A DNA stretch of 64,000 nt from Lama glama (Eukaryota): the NCBI GenBank assembly GCA_028534125.1, contig CM052820.1:3968001-4032000 (forward strand), written 5' to 3'. A program made the translations under genes and the position numbers. Shown one piece after another: positions 25,188 through 39,164 of the stretch; the first letter of the stretch is position 1; every line of letters begins with the position of its first letter. A model generated the notes under the pieces. That model made no database searches. It had not been told where the DNA came from and worked only from the letters and a program-made list of their open reading frames with translations.

Positions 25188-27613
25188 GTTAATTTCTATG
25201 ATGCCGCTTAGATGCTGCGGATGAGCAACAACCACTATGAGTGAAAGTTAAGACAAAGCTGGAAACAAACAAGAAAATCCTCCTGGTTGAAATCGATTCT
25301 GAAAAAAACAGAGCCGGCTCAGGTATTTGCAGTTCACATGCTGCATTTCTGTCCGTCTTAGCTGGATATAATGGGGCCTGACAATTTTAATTTCATAAAC
25401 AATGGTGAACAGTCAGCAGTATTTTTTAATTCATGGTGCAATTAATGTTTATCCTAAGAGATGGCTTGGTAATAGATGACGATGAATCCAGAAGGTTACT
25501 CCAGGGTGAGCAAGCAGAATTGTCTTCCCCTACTGCCCCTGCAGTTTGGCCAAAAAACCCGTAAGGTTGGCGGAGGAGTGGAGGCAGTGGGACCAGCAGG
25601 GCCCAGAGTCCACTCCATGTCTGTCACCCCAGCCCGTCCATCACCAACAGAGAAACATCACTCCACCTGGACTGAAGGAGTCACAGGGTGGGTGGGGACT
25701 CACGTGGCCCACTGCTCCTGGAGGGGCTTCCTGAGGACTGACTAAACACATCAAACAGGAGACAGTTAACAAACAGCACATCCCCGGGAGGAGGTGAAAA
25801 TTCCTGCTTCAAATCCACACGCTGCACCAAACCCTGGGCCACTTTCTGCAAGTCACATAGCCTCTTTGGCCCTCACACCCCAGAATCTTCTCTTTTGGGA
25901 ACACCCTTCCAAGCAGACCCCGGCTGGCTGGTGCGTGCGGCAGCCACGCCTCTCTCAATTTAATGGCCCGCGCTGACCAGAAGGAAGGTGTCAGAGACCC
26001 TGGTGCCCCGACATGGCCTTCGGAGAATGTGACCCTCGACTCAAGGCAGAAAAATCAAATCAAAACCAAAAGAGCTGGGATCCTTCTCTTTATAAGGTGG
26101 GAAGAGGGCTCATGGTCAGTTAGCATGAATGATCTATTCTTCCCCCACAAAGAGGTCTGCAGCCCTTGCACAGGAAATGGGCAGTGATTTCACGGTGCCA
26201 CCACCAATTCTGCGGCTGCGTTACATGATTAAAATAAATACCGCCCATTAGGTTGTAATGTCCAGCAAATCTAATCACTGTCCTGGCAGAAGGTCTGCGG
26301 AGTCTGCTGGCAAACAGGGCTCCACGTCTCCTCCCTATGGGCTTCGTCTGGGGCCTCATGTCCAAGAGATGACGATGCAGGCAGCCAAGTGCCTGATGAG
26401 GGCCTGTCCCCATCATCACACCTGTGTCCCCCGTGCCCTCCAGGACCTGCTGGGACTTCCAGGCCCCTGTCACTGACATTCGGGGTCAATACTGCTCACG
26501 AGCCATGGATTAAAAATCGGCAAACAAAACAAAAAATTGCCAAAAAAACCAAACAAAAACTCCCTCCCCACTGGTCAGGCAGTGCCCCATCACCACATTG
26601 CCAGTCCTGGTCCCCCTCCCACGCATGCACCGTCTCCACCCGTCTCTCCCCTGTCCTCAGCATGAAAGAAGCCCCAGTGGGTACACAGAAAGGGATTAAG
26701 ACCTGAAGTCCACAGCAGAGGGGCTGGCGACGGTCACAGCCATCATCGGCACCTGGCCCGACAAGCGGCACAGCGTCTCTGCAGGAAGCTACCTCAGGCC
26801 CCGGCTCACGGAGGCCCCGGGGGACAGCTGCCTCCCTGCCCCTCTCCTCGCTCCCTGGGCTCGGTGCCCAGGGTCCTGTGCATACACGCGCACCTCACCT
26901 TCCTCTCCTTCCCCAGCGAGGGGCCCCCACGCAGCTGACCCTCTGCCCCCGGCAGCTCAGATGCACGCAGCACAGACACTGCGGTAACGGTGTGCAGGCT
27001 CGGGAGAAGACTGCACCCCTACAAAACAGGACACCCTGAACAAAACCTGCCTGGGCAGGGACGAGCCCCAGACAGGTTCAGTGCCACACGCCGAGCCTGA
27101 AGACTGGGCTACAGAGCGCGTGCCTCGGCCCACAGCCGAACAGCAGGTCACGAAGCAGAGACGCGGCCTGTAAACAAGTGCACGGAAGGTGGTCTGCGTG
27201 GTCCTCGAGTCACCTGACAGCAGCGGCGACCTCTGAGGAGGAAGAGGAGGCAGAGCGATGTTCTCTTTCTCTTTTACTGATTCTGGTCCTGTTTCAATTC
27301 TCTACCAGGGGCATGTATGTTTTTGCAATAAGAAAAGGCAACAGAGACACTTTCTCAGACAGAAGTAGCTCCTTTTTACGCCTCTAAGAGCCAGGGGCGT
27401 GTGAGATGACTCATCCACGTGGCGATCCAAGTGGCAAAGTCAGAAGCCTTAAGTTGGCCTCAGTGTCTGAAGCATCAAATTAGGGAGGAAACACCAGGAG
27501 ATGGTCCCCGTTATCACTGGATTTCTTATTCCCCAGACTATGACTGTCAGAGACCCTTAGCTGGTTCTGAAGTTATAAGGCCCGTTTAACAATAAAAGAA
27601 TAGAAATGGAACT

Positions 27614-27638
27614 TATATATACATATATATATATATAT
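27614..27638. repeat. (TA)n microsatellite
   Basis: tatatatacatatatatatatatat. Confidence 0.85.
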
Positions 27639-30600
27639 TCATTCCCCAACTGCGGGGGCACCATATCCCCTATCAGGAACGTCCCCGCACATCACACCCA
27701 GTTCAGTGTCGCCGCGGAGACACAGGCCACGGGGGAGGGCGGTTCCCTGTATTGACACTGTGCAGATTTAACTGGGAGGCGGGAATCTGGGTCCCCACAC
27801 ATCCTGGCACCTGCTCACTCGGGCAGTCTGTCCTCTGTGTCTGAGCTGTGTATGCTTTCCAACGACACAGCAGCTCTCAGGAGGGAAGGAGACCCATGTG
27901 CACACACACAGGGCAGGTATGCAGGGACAGCTGGACACCTCCCCGACGGTCCGAAGGAGACGCCAAATATCTCCCCAAGACCAGGTCAGGTTCCCCAGCC
28001 GTCTTCTTGGTTCCCAGGGCCGTTTGTTCCACTTTCGTCAGACATACGCAACTGCTGACAACCTACCTCTCCCCTCCCTCAGTGAGTCGTGGTCAGCAGC
28101 AGAGACACTGGCCTTGCCCATGGGGCGCCCCAGCTGGACGTGCTGGCAGGAAATTAGGCACCCAGCGCCTAGCCCTCAGGGCCTGGGTTCCCCGGAAAGG
28201 GCAGACGCGGGAGCAGAGCTGGGGCAGGCGGAGAAGACTCTCCCAGTACACAGCCCCCGTCCCGGTGCCCTGGCGCTCTCACAGGAGGGCTCCGAGGTCC
28301 CAAGCTCACAGCTTAACCAGAGAAAACCCAGCAGTGAGAGGCTCCCAAGGCGGCTTATGGCAGGTTTAAAATAGCCACGAATCCAAGCCAAGCCCTAGGC
28401 CCAGACTCCAAGTGTTTACACGGCTGGATTTAGAACTCTGAAAATAAAACCCTTGATTTGGACTTCTCAAACCAATACTCAAACTGGACTGGAGGGGAAG
28501 AAAAATCACAAGCAAAGAAAAAACTCACTGACTTCACCCAAAGATGGAGCAAGAGTGATCAAAACTCAAGACCAGCACACCCGCCCCAAGCTGACCCGAG
28601 GCTGCCAGGCAGGGACGCTGGGGGCTCTTCCAGCAGGGGCTCCGGCATCTGGCCGGCAGCAGGGTTGTGGTCAGCCTCAGGCCCTCCTGCCTGCCCCGCC
28701 CCGCCCCGCCCACCCTCCCAGCCTAGGGACGAGGAATAAACCGCGTTCCTTCCTGGTTCTCACTTTTAAGTTAAACTAAATCTTGTGCCTAAAGGTCTCA
28801 AGTGCACAACATCATATGCTCCAATGTGAGCCCCGCCTCCAGAACTAGACGGCGCCTAGAGAGCCAGGCCCACAGCGGGGCAGGGAGGGGGGCGAGGGGG
28901 CCTGCAGCTGTCCCAGGAGCCCACCTGCCTGGGCCTGTCCTTTAAAAGGCCAGGTGCTCTCACCTTTAACAGGGTGGGGTGGGGGAGAGGGGGTCAAATT
29001 CCCTTTGGGCTCTGACTTGCCAGGGCCCTTTGTTTTAGAAGCCTGTCAGTCAGTCCTCAGAGCCAGGAAAGTAAAGATGGGCCGAGCGTGGGGCAGGAAG
29101 TGAGATCGCTCCTCCTCCTCCGAAGAGGCAAGAGGGGCGCCTCGGGACCCACCAGTGGCTGAAAAGCAGGGACAACACCTCGTGAAACCCAGCGAGGAGT
29201 GAGACCCTGGGGCTCCCATCACCTGTGCGTTTGCTGCAGGCCCACCTTCATCATCAGACACAGACAACCGCTGACAGGGTTACCACCAGATAAAGTCAGC
29301 CCAGGGAAAACAGTAAACAGCTTTTTCAAACACGGTCAATACGCCACTGCGCACCCTTAAGTGCGTCATACAGTCTGGAAAGCAAAATATCCAGCCTGAC
29401 ATCTCAGCTCCGAAAACTCCAGGCGGTGGTGCACACGTCCAGCTCACTGCCCACCTGCTCGGACGGCACGGGGCTCGGCCCCGCCAGGCGGGACTCCACA
29501 GGTGTGATCACACACGCGCACTGGCACGGGAATCCACCAGCCTCCCAGCTCTCCCAACCCTCCTCTCCCCTGCAATCTCGGAAAAGCAGGAATCAAGGGA
29601 ATACAGGGAAACGATACTAACCTCTCCTGGCTTGGGTTTGAGATGGAAGAGTCAGGGACCAGCCCTGTAGCGGGCCTGCCAGTCTGAGGCCCAGAAATTA
29701 CGTCTCTGAAATAAATGACAATGGGGGGGCACAGCAGCACAACAGACCTGAGACGCCAGACCTACCCAGGCCGACACCTCAGCCCCACGCCGCCCCCCCC
29801 CCGGCGCACGGACACACCACGTGTCCCTGCGCACACACTCCACCTGTCCCTGTGTGGTCCCCAATGTGGAGTCTGGGGCTGCACAGAGACCTGCTCAGGT
29901 CCGCTAAACCGAGCCCATTAACAAAGGCACCCAATACCATGTCAGAGTCAGCCTAAGAAGCATGGCCTTCTCCGGCTGTGTCCCCCCAGGGGCCGGGACA
30001 GGGAGGACACAGCGACCTCACTTTTCCCACCACTTACTCTAGGTCCCAAGAGCCCAGGACTGTCCCAGTGTGGCGGGAAGGGAGGGTGAAGGCAGGCCGT
30101 TAGCGATGGGGCGGCCGCCGGCTCCTCTCTCAGCCTTCCTGTCTCTCTGCACAGATAGCTCTCCGCAGAGAACCCATCAGCCCTATTGATCCGAGGTTGC
30201 TGGAATCAGTGAGTCAACATAAGCAAAGTGCTTCCAGCAGAGACCAGCCTGGCACACACTACGCCACAGGCTGCTGCCGCCTGACTGTGACACAGCCACA
30301 CAAGTCTAGAGAAGCACCCAGCCTGCTCCCCAAACAGCAGGTTTGCTGCCAGGAACACCAGGCTGCAGGGCAGGAGAGGGGACCCAGGACAGCCCCGCTG
30401 TCCCCCCTTTTCCCCCCACACCTGAATGCCCTGAAGCCCATCCCTCCACTGCAAGAGCTGGGCATGCTGGAAGACCCCATCCCTTGAAATCATGGTTTCC
30501 ATCTCAGCAGCAGCAGCCCCTGGTCCCAGTCCCAACGGGCAGGAGCCGTTTCACACGCAGGCAGGACAAAAACCTCAACATAAAGAAAGGGCCCCGTCCA

Positions 30601-33600
30601 GGCCTCCACGCCCACCCGGAACTGGAAATGCTCTTCATGACAGATGCTCGTGGAGCCCGGGGCTGGAGGTGGTGGGATCTGATCTCTCTGGAGGCAGCCT
30701 GCATCTGCTGGACACACAGAGGACCCGGGGAGAGGCAGAAAGCTGCAGTGCATCTGAAGCAGAGGGGCTGTCAACGTGAAAGGCAGCTGAGCTGTGGGAC
30801 CCTCGCTGACCCCTAGAACCGGGGAAAGAAGGGACAGGAATAGCGTTCCACATGCACAGCCAGGACCCCACACTCCAACAGGCACACGGAGGAAACCCAA
30901 CCATCCACAGACCCCAAAGCCAGGATGCCGTTCAGATCTGAGTGTCGGAGGACGGGGGTTGGAGGGGAAATCCAGGAACATCCTCTGACCACCGAGAGCC
31001 TAACTCCTGGGAATGCATGCCTCCCTCCAAAGAGATGCTTAATGACTGGAATCCTTCTGACCTCCCTCCCTCGCGTCTGTCTGTCAGTACCCCAGATAAA
31101 TCTCTGGCTACATCCCGGGAATGAAGAGAACATTCCTGTGTATTTTGGAAGAACTGAAAAGCTGACAGCTCATCTAAACAAATAAACCATGTTTCAAGTG
31201 CTGTTCACCACATATAACATGATTTTATCTGTGTGTTTTATCAAACTGTAACTGACATGCGCCAAGTACACTGAAGTTTGGAAACTCACCTGAAATGGAT
31301 TTTAAGCTAGTATCTAAGATGAGCAACCTTTCCAGGATTTACTTGGCATTATACACACAAGCCATATTATCACCCCGAAGGCACGTCTATACAAATGAGA
31401 GCCAGGCGTCAGAGGCCTGCCTGAGGGACGAAATTCCAGGACAGAAAAGCTGTAGGTTAACAACAGCCACCAGGGAAGCTGAGACTGAAAGCGTAACTTG
31501 GCGAGATGGACCTCAGGACTTAATCTCCCTCCGAAGGATCGAGATCTATCTAAAGACTGTAAAGAAAAGGAAAACACCACAAAAATCTCCTGCAGGGTAG
31601 GAAACGAAGGGACCCAGGAGTGCAAATCTGTGTGACAGCACGTCCCTGGATTCTTCTTCGGGGAACAGGGTGCACTTTCAGAGCTGGGATTCATCCCTTC
31701 ACTGGACAGAGGCTGTCATCAGCCCCACCCACCTGACCTTTAACCCGCAGGTCTTACGAGCGACCCCATAAGTAATTATGTCTTCACGATTCAGCAGGAC
31801 CCAGGAGAGGAGGGATCAGGGAAGGTGGTTATTCAGAAAGCTTTCCTTTGAACCAGAATCTAGATGTCACAGGTGAATCTGCCCATCAGTGAGCGTGTCC
31901 AAGCCTCCGGCAGGTGCTGCCAATCTGCAAGTATTCTTTGCAAAGGGGCAGTGAGTGGGCTGCAAACCTCAGCACGGGCCCCTGTCACTTCCCAGCTTCT
32001 TGGCCGACCTCGTAAGTTACTCATGCATTTTTACATTTTAACTCATTTAAACATTAAATACTGAATGTATTATTTCATAATTTATAAAATGTCTATTTGT
32101 ATAAATTATGAATACTAAGTATTAAATTTTAATCAAAATTTTAAATATATATGTTTGGGAGAGATAAAAGACGCAAGCACGTTTCAAAAAAATAAAAATA
32201 AACCAATGAAACCCCAAACTGTCACTTCTCTCCAAGGGGTCATTATTTTTACCCATTTCACCTTAAACAAAAGAAATTATTTTTCATTTTAAAGGAGAGA
32301 AAGATTTCTCACATACATAGAACCTCACTTTCCATGCTGGCCAGGGTGACAGGACTTCCACCCAGAGCAGCTCCTGTCGTTTGGGGGGGAGGGGAGGGGA
32401 GGGGTCACCACCCGGGAGGCAGCAGCAGCCTTGGGGACACAGCGCGCTCACCCGTTATCCCTCACCACCAGCCCAGGTCGAGTGCGCGTACCGCTTCTTC
32501 CTTCCCGGGTGAGGACACGGAGGCACAGAGAGGTGAGACTACGCGCTCAAGGACACCTCCCGAAAACGGCAAAACCTGGCGTCCAGCTCAGGACGCCTCA
32601 TCCTCTGCCAACCAGCGGCACGGACTCGACGGCCAGCTTGAAAGGGCTTCACACACACCTGCCACTGTCCCTAGAGGAACACCCCGAAACCAAACCCAGC
32701 GGAGCGTATCACGGGCTAAAGCAGCACACTGGCGAGCCGCCGCGGCAGACACGCCTCGGTGTGCACGTCGGTGGAAAGCAACACATTTCACCAAGACTCC
32801 AATTCTGAACCGATCTGCCTGTTAGCAAACTGCTCTTGAGAGTCCGTGATCCGCCGGAGCCGCCGGGCGGGGTATTTGTCAGGCGCCGGCCAGCGCCGAC
32901 GGCGGACGGAAAAGCTGCGACAAGTCTGCGACGCTTCTATGGTATTTGACGTTTACTCTCGTCTCATGAACTTGAGATCTCAGTTTGAGGAGGGGTGGGG
33001 GCAACGCCCTTCAAACTCTAACAGGTCTTTACGAAGACAAGGCCCCCCCCAATGTGGGTCTGCGTGCGTCTGGCCATCTGGGGGAAGCAGGTGGACAAGG
33101 CAGTTAAAGGAGGCCCAGAGCGCCAGGCTGGAAGTGACTCCCCCTCTGCTGCAGTGTGTGCTTTCTACCTGGGGTGGGGGGCCGGCGGGAGAGATGTGAT
33201 GGCACCAAAACCTGCAAAGAGGCCAGCGGACTGACCATGTGAAAGGAGGACAGACAGCAGCCGTGGGCACGGGTCATCTCATCTGGTGCCCGCAGCCCTG
33301 GTAACAGCACAGGCGCACAGACGGGGGGGCGCAGGGGGATGATTCGGAGCAGAGCCTCTGGGGGCTGTCGCCGCCCTTCCCACTGGGTGCCCGCTCTTCT
33401 CAAGGAGGCCTGGACACGACAACCTGCCGTCAGAACAAACATGCCCTACATGGTGAATTCCCTGAGGGGACTTGCTCCGGGATGCTCCTTTGAAGGTGCG
33501 CTGCCCAGCTCGGAACCAGTCCCAGTGGATGTCACCTGCCCCCAGGGCAAAGACAAGCCCCCGAGAGATGCCTGAGAGGAACACGGGTCCAATGACGCCA

Positions 33601-34561
33601 TCTGTAACACTGTGTAAGGAAACCCGAAAATGTGACAACATGGGATGCTTCAAATGACCCTGCTTACACCGCAGTCCATGGCTCGCACTTCGTGTGCTGT
33701 GCCAGAACTCACTGCTCTGAGGGCCGCAGGTCACGGCCAAGAGAGGCATCAACCACCGATCGATACAACAGGAAGAGGGCGGCCACCAGGGATGCAGACG
33801 ACTGCAGTTCAGGCCACACGCTCTCCGGGAGGAAAGCAGAAGCGGGCCTCACGAGAGGCAGGGTGCGGACGCGGCACTCAGAATGGCTTTCGGAAATCAA
33901 CCCGCATTTGGCTCATGTCAAGAAGGAAATGAATCCATAAGCTAAAAATGGAATTCACTCTTCCAGCTACACGAATAAAGAGACAATAAAGAGAAAAAAA
34001 GAATAAGATGAAAAAAGATAACTCTTTTCTCCCCATTTATAAATTGAAGGTACAATGGTCAACAATTTCAAAAGAAGTAGTTAAACTGCAGATCATTAGA
34101 AAATACGGGATGAAGGAGCGAGAACAAAATGCAAGGTTAATTCACACTTGCAGCTTTGGCAACGCACTCACCTGACCTGGGCAAATTTACATCTCAGAAC
34201 ACCTGTAAGCCAAGCCGTCCCACGTAGCTGGTATGTTCCATCTTTTGCAAAACATACTACAGACAATCATCCTAAAGCAAAGCTATTGGGTCAAAGAGTT
34301 TTTAGGACTTGCTTTCACATGCATTCTGGCCTCCTTGACAATCAGCCACGGTGACTGTCAACACCTACTTAAATAAATAAGGTGGGGGGCAGGGCAGTGA
34401 AGCGCCTTCTCAGGGTGCTTTGCAAGCCTAAACTGGCAGCCAAGACCAAACCCATTCCACTGATGGGGGATGCTGCACCATCCCCACGTGGTAGCTTTAA
34501 AAGTCATCCCTGATAAACAGAACATTCTTTCCGGCTACCATCATCATCATGACTCACATAC

Positions 34562-34588
34562 CTGAAGTCAGCTTTCGAGGCAAGGACG
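34562..34588 (-). CDS. AGAP1: Candidate 27-nt frame-preserving microexon of AGAP1 (adds ASLPRKLTS)
   Basis: Minus strand reads ctttcttgacTGCtttctttAG|cgtccttgcctcgaaagctgacttcag|GTATGT. Branch-like cttgac, UGC motif, pyrimidine tract, strong CAG|GTATGT donor, multiple of 3, no stop in phase 1. No transcript evidence is available. Confidence 0.5.
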
Positions 34589-34786
34589 CTAAAGAAAGCA
34601 GTCAAGAAAGCGGCACAGGCTGGGAGAGAATCAGATGAAGGTCACACTAGGACATCACCCACCGCCTTGAGGACAAGAGGACAAGTGGCATCAGTACCCA
34701 GATGGCCCAAGAGGAGCCCGAGAAGCACGAGCCGTGGGGGCAGCTGCCGGGAGGGAGGGACGGATTGCTTCTGGCTGCCAGGCTGC

Positions 34787-34827
34787 GATCCTCCTAAATC
34801 TCAGCTGGATCCTCCTAAATCTCAGCT
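34787..34827. repeat. Tandem duplication of a 21-bp unit
   Basis: gatcctcctaaatctcagctg gatcctcctaaatctcagct. Confidence 0.9.
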
Positions 34828-37800
34828 CAGCCAGCTGAGTACAGCAGGAGCCTCACGCGGGCCCACGTGGGGGAGGCAGGCGCTCACCACAAAGAGAGCA
34901 AATGCACCTCCTGTTCTGTAAGTCTGAGGGAAAGTTTCTGCTGAGAGACCAGGTACAAAAGTCATCAAAACCCTAGGTCCTAAAAGGACTCTCGACCTTA
35001 AAATCTAACACGGGGCTTTGAGACCACCAATTCTAAGCCCCCAGACAACAAACACAGCACCCCTCCCAACATTCCCTGACTAGCCTGTGCTTGGAAGCCT
35101 CCATGGAAAGAGGCAGCCAGCTCCAACTGAGAAGTGCCTTCTCAACTCTGAGTCAAACTTTCCCTAACGCATCTCACTAGTCTGGGTCCTTCTTCTGTTT
35201 GCTTCTTGAGAACTGGGTGACACGTCTGCAGGTTCCCCTTCCAAGTTAAAGATCCTCAAGTGTCTTTCCTGATCTGGTCTTCCATAAGCCACACCAGGAA
35301 AGCAGATCAGGCCGCCTGAAGTCTGAAGTGAGACAGGTCAGATTCTCAGGACTTGGGATTCTAGTTTGGGAACTAAAATAACCAGAATGACAGACGCAAG
35401 TATCTCGGGGCTATGGGTGAGCTGGGGGGCACCAGGGAGACAAAGCCTGCCTTGCTCAGTCCACCACTCCACCCATGACCGTGCCTGCGTCTAAGGTAGC
35501 AGGACTGAAGCTGCAGGAAACAAGTCACAAGTGTGTATCCCCAAGTCCGAAATCCTGTTACATATATCTTGCAGACCAACCGCTTTTTCCATTGTTTGAA
35601 AGCCCCTGCTAATTGGAACAGGAAAGTACAAAGTGGATAAACGCCCGCCATCCCCCTACCCCTATCAAGTGGCGTCTGAATAATTCGGATCTGATGTAAG
35701 AACTAGAGAGGGCAGGAGCTGCATCACAGAGGCCGGAGGCATTGTTTACAGTCAATTCTCAAGTGTTGGACAGTCAGCAGCGTGGCTGAAAGAAGCCCTT
35801 GCGATGACAGGCACAGAGGGCGCGAGGGGACGCAAGATTCCCTTTGACAAGCGTCCACTGAGATGAATCTGTATTCCACTGGTACCCAAAGACAGCCCAC
35901 GGGATAACGGGAGTGGTCCTAAGTGTTGACCGAATGACTGTTACACTGAGTCATGCAAAATCTCACACCTGCTGGTCACACCGGAGATAGTTACAAAGCG
36001 TGGATCTATTCTCAGCATATAGGAAAGCAAGTCTCCTTTCCCTTTTCCTTCCCACCAACTGGAGTGCCTCTTAAAATCATCTTCACGTGTTAGGCAAGGA
36101 GAAGCCAGAGGACCCCTTCGCGAGCCCCAGCTGGCACGCCCTGGTACCGAAGGAGGGAACAGAGATGTCCATCCTCCAGCCCAGGACGCTGCTTTCTTTT
36201 GTAAGCTTTCTGAGTCTTTAGATGCACTAGTTTGAATTGAAAACCAACACTAAAAGGAAATTAACAAGAGATGATAAGAAAACAAAGTGTCAAGATGCAT
36301 CTTTGCGTTAAAACCAGCCAAACGACTGTATGTGCGCTAAGATTTTTTAAAGTGTAGAAGCATCTACATTAAGTAAACTAACAGGAGAAAAGAGAACAGA
36401 TATGAACGCCTACATCAACAGAGACACAGGAGAAACAATTCCTAAGAACGTAACCCACAGACAAGCAAGTATCATCACCACAGCAGACTCTAATTTGAGC
36501 TGAACAAAGCCTGGACCAAAACGATGGCGGGCAGATGGTCCTTCCTCTCAAAATGATGCAAAGACAGTAATCGCCCTTCTTTTTGCTAATCTGTTGACCT
36601 TAATACCAATTCTGTTCATCACCTGGGGATACAACTGCAGCTGTACACACTTCATCTCAACCACTGTCCTAAATAAATAAAACCTGTTCTTTTTCATTAT
36701 TTTTCCCATTGTGTCATTTTAAATGAATATAATTTTTCAAATAATTACAGAAAAGAATAACAATAGTCTAAAGGAGAGTTCCCATCAAAAACAAAAACTG
36801 CGCCAAAAAAAAAAGAAAAGCAAAAACAAAAAAACCTCGTGGAAACCATAACATCCTTTTAATGCTTGACACTGGCATTAGTCATACAGATCTAAGGAAA
36901 AGGAATGACTTGTTATGAGTTAACTATAGAAATCCCAACCATCTTGCTGGTGGAGAATCTCCTCTTTTCTACCTGGCAAACTCCTACTGATCCTGTAAGA
37001 CCCAGATCATTTATCCCTCCTTGAGGCTTTCATTAACTCCTTCCCCTGCTCAAGGAAATTTGCTCTTTTTTTTAATCTCCCCCTACCTCCTCTCAATTCC
37101 TCCAACATTACAAGCTTATGTGCCAAGCAAGTGCATTTAATTCCTCAATACAAGGAGGAATGCTACAGGGTTCATTCATGCCCAGGAGGGACTCACTGAC
37201 TGTCAGACCTGGCTGACATGTAAATGCGATTACTGCTACACACCAGGACTAGTGCTCCAATGGCGGTGCGCTGTGCAGAGAAATACAGCCACACCTTCCT
37301 CTAAGTAGCCCATGAAGCTGTGATCCACTGTGCTCCACCTGCCCCAACAGGCTCCAGACCTACGAGATCAGGAACTGTGCCTTAGTATATACCCCAGCTC
37401 TCAGCTCCTGCTGCAGAACATACCACAGAAACTCAATAAGTGCCTATTAAGGCAACAGAAAAACAACTAAAAATACACATTGTCATATCAGCGCTGTATA
37501 GCTGGGCTTGAGACTTCCAAGTAAAAGTATTTACTTGTGTAACCAACCAGATGGCTGCAATGGGCCCACGCTAAAACTGGAGGACTTTTTTTTAGTAGAT
37601 GTACTTTTGAACATTCCTTTGGGGACAGGATATTCCAAGCCCAGGCTGACATAAAGAAAGATGCTAACAGGTGAATATGCTGAAACACGGGCTCCAACTT
37701 GATAAAATAAACATGGCAAGGCATAGTCCAAGCTCCCCACGCCGGCTCAGAGGGTCTCTGGCTGACCAGAGCAGCTCTGCCCGCATCCCAAGAGGGCTGC

Positions 37801-38934
37801 TCTGTCTCCAGAAAAACAGCTCAACCTTTTAACAAAAAGAATGGGGATTTTCCTAAATTACTACCTGGAGTCATTTATTTTAAAAAAAACAAAAGTGAAT
37901 TTCAAAACCCTGAATATATAATTAACTCAAAATGTCTCAAATGAGAAACTCTGAGCTACATCCTTTCATCTTTTTTTTTTAACATCCTTTCTTTGAAACC
38001 CCTTATGTCCTTCTTAGCAACAAATCAAGCTTAGAAATAAAAATGTATCAAGTTATTTCGGTCATTTCACTGCTGCTTCCTCTCGCCACTGAAGTTTTTT
38101 TTTTTTAAACTATAAAACAGTCTATCATGCTACACAAATTGAGTGATACAAATTAAGGGAATCAAAAACTAAAGAACAAAACCACTCATAGAAATGTGCT
38201 GTCAAAAATCAGTTGTAAATTACTAATTTAAAAAGCTAACCTCAGTCAGGGCTATCAGTGAATCACTTTATTGCTGTAATCAGTCCTCCTGGACAGTAGC
38301 AGAACACCCTGAAAAGCACACGCAGTCCTGGACTGGCATTGCCTGCAGCTGGTTCCAAGCAGGGTCAGCAGGCTGGCCGGATGCAGGGGGCACGTGCCAG
38401 AGAGTGACAGCCTACAGTGTAACTGATCACTTATTTGTCTTTCTTTGCATTAAATTATACTTGTGTCAACAGACTCTGCCCTAAGACATGCGTATCAGGT
38501 AACAGAAAGCGGCCCTTGATTTGACATAAGGCCTCTATGAAACATTCTAGGGCTTGCTAACAATTACAAACCTTACAGCGAGCAGCAGCCCTGGAACTCT
38601 GAGAGGCACCTGTTAGACATCACAGGTGAGGAAGAGGAGATGCCCCAACAGACGAGAACCAATGGGGCTTAAAGAGCATGAGACAATCATCCAACAAAGG
38701 TAGGAGCTTCAATCCCTTCCTCCTAATGCCCTGAATTAGGATTACAAGAAACCCAGAGATACGTGCTGAGGGCACCTGTGATTCTCTAATAAGACCCCAA
38801 CCATCTTGCAAAGGTACCTGTCTAAGACTACGCATCACTTCTAAGGAGAGGCCAAGTACACCATATAATGTAACAATGAATTAGTCTGTTACTCTCCTGT
38901 AGTCAGTTCAAATATTTAACAGCTGAGTGTAACA

Positions 38935-38997
38935 GTCTTTGCTGTACACCTGAAGCTAGCATTGTAAGTAAACCACATTTCAATACATTTTTTTAAA
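38935..38997 (+). mobile_element. Short artiodactyl L1 extreme 3' end
   Basis: ctttgctgtacacctgaagctagcattgtaagtaaaccacatttcaata. Confidence 0.55.
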
Positions 38998-39164
38998 ATT
39001 TTAACAGCCGTGAAGAGTCTAATGCAAGGAAAACCAGCCCCAGATGATGTTTCCTCTAACCCCCTTCAGACTTGAAAGGATGTCTAATTCTGAGACACTG
39101 TAAAGGCTGAGATTTAAAGAAAGCAAGCGATATCGCTCATGGCATGTATCACAAGTCTGCAACA

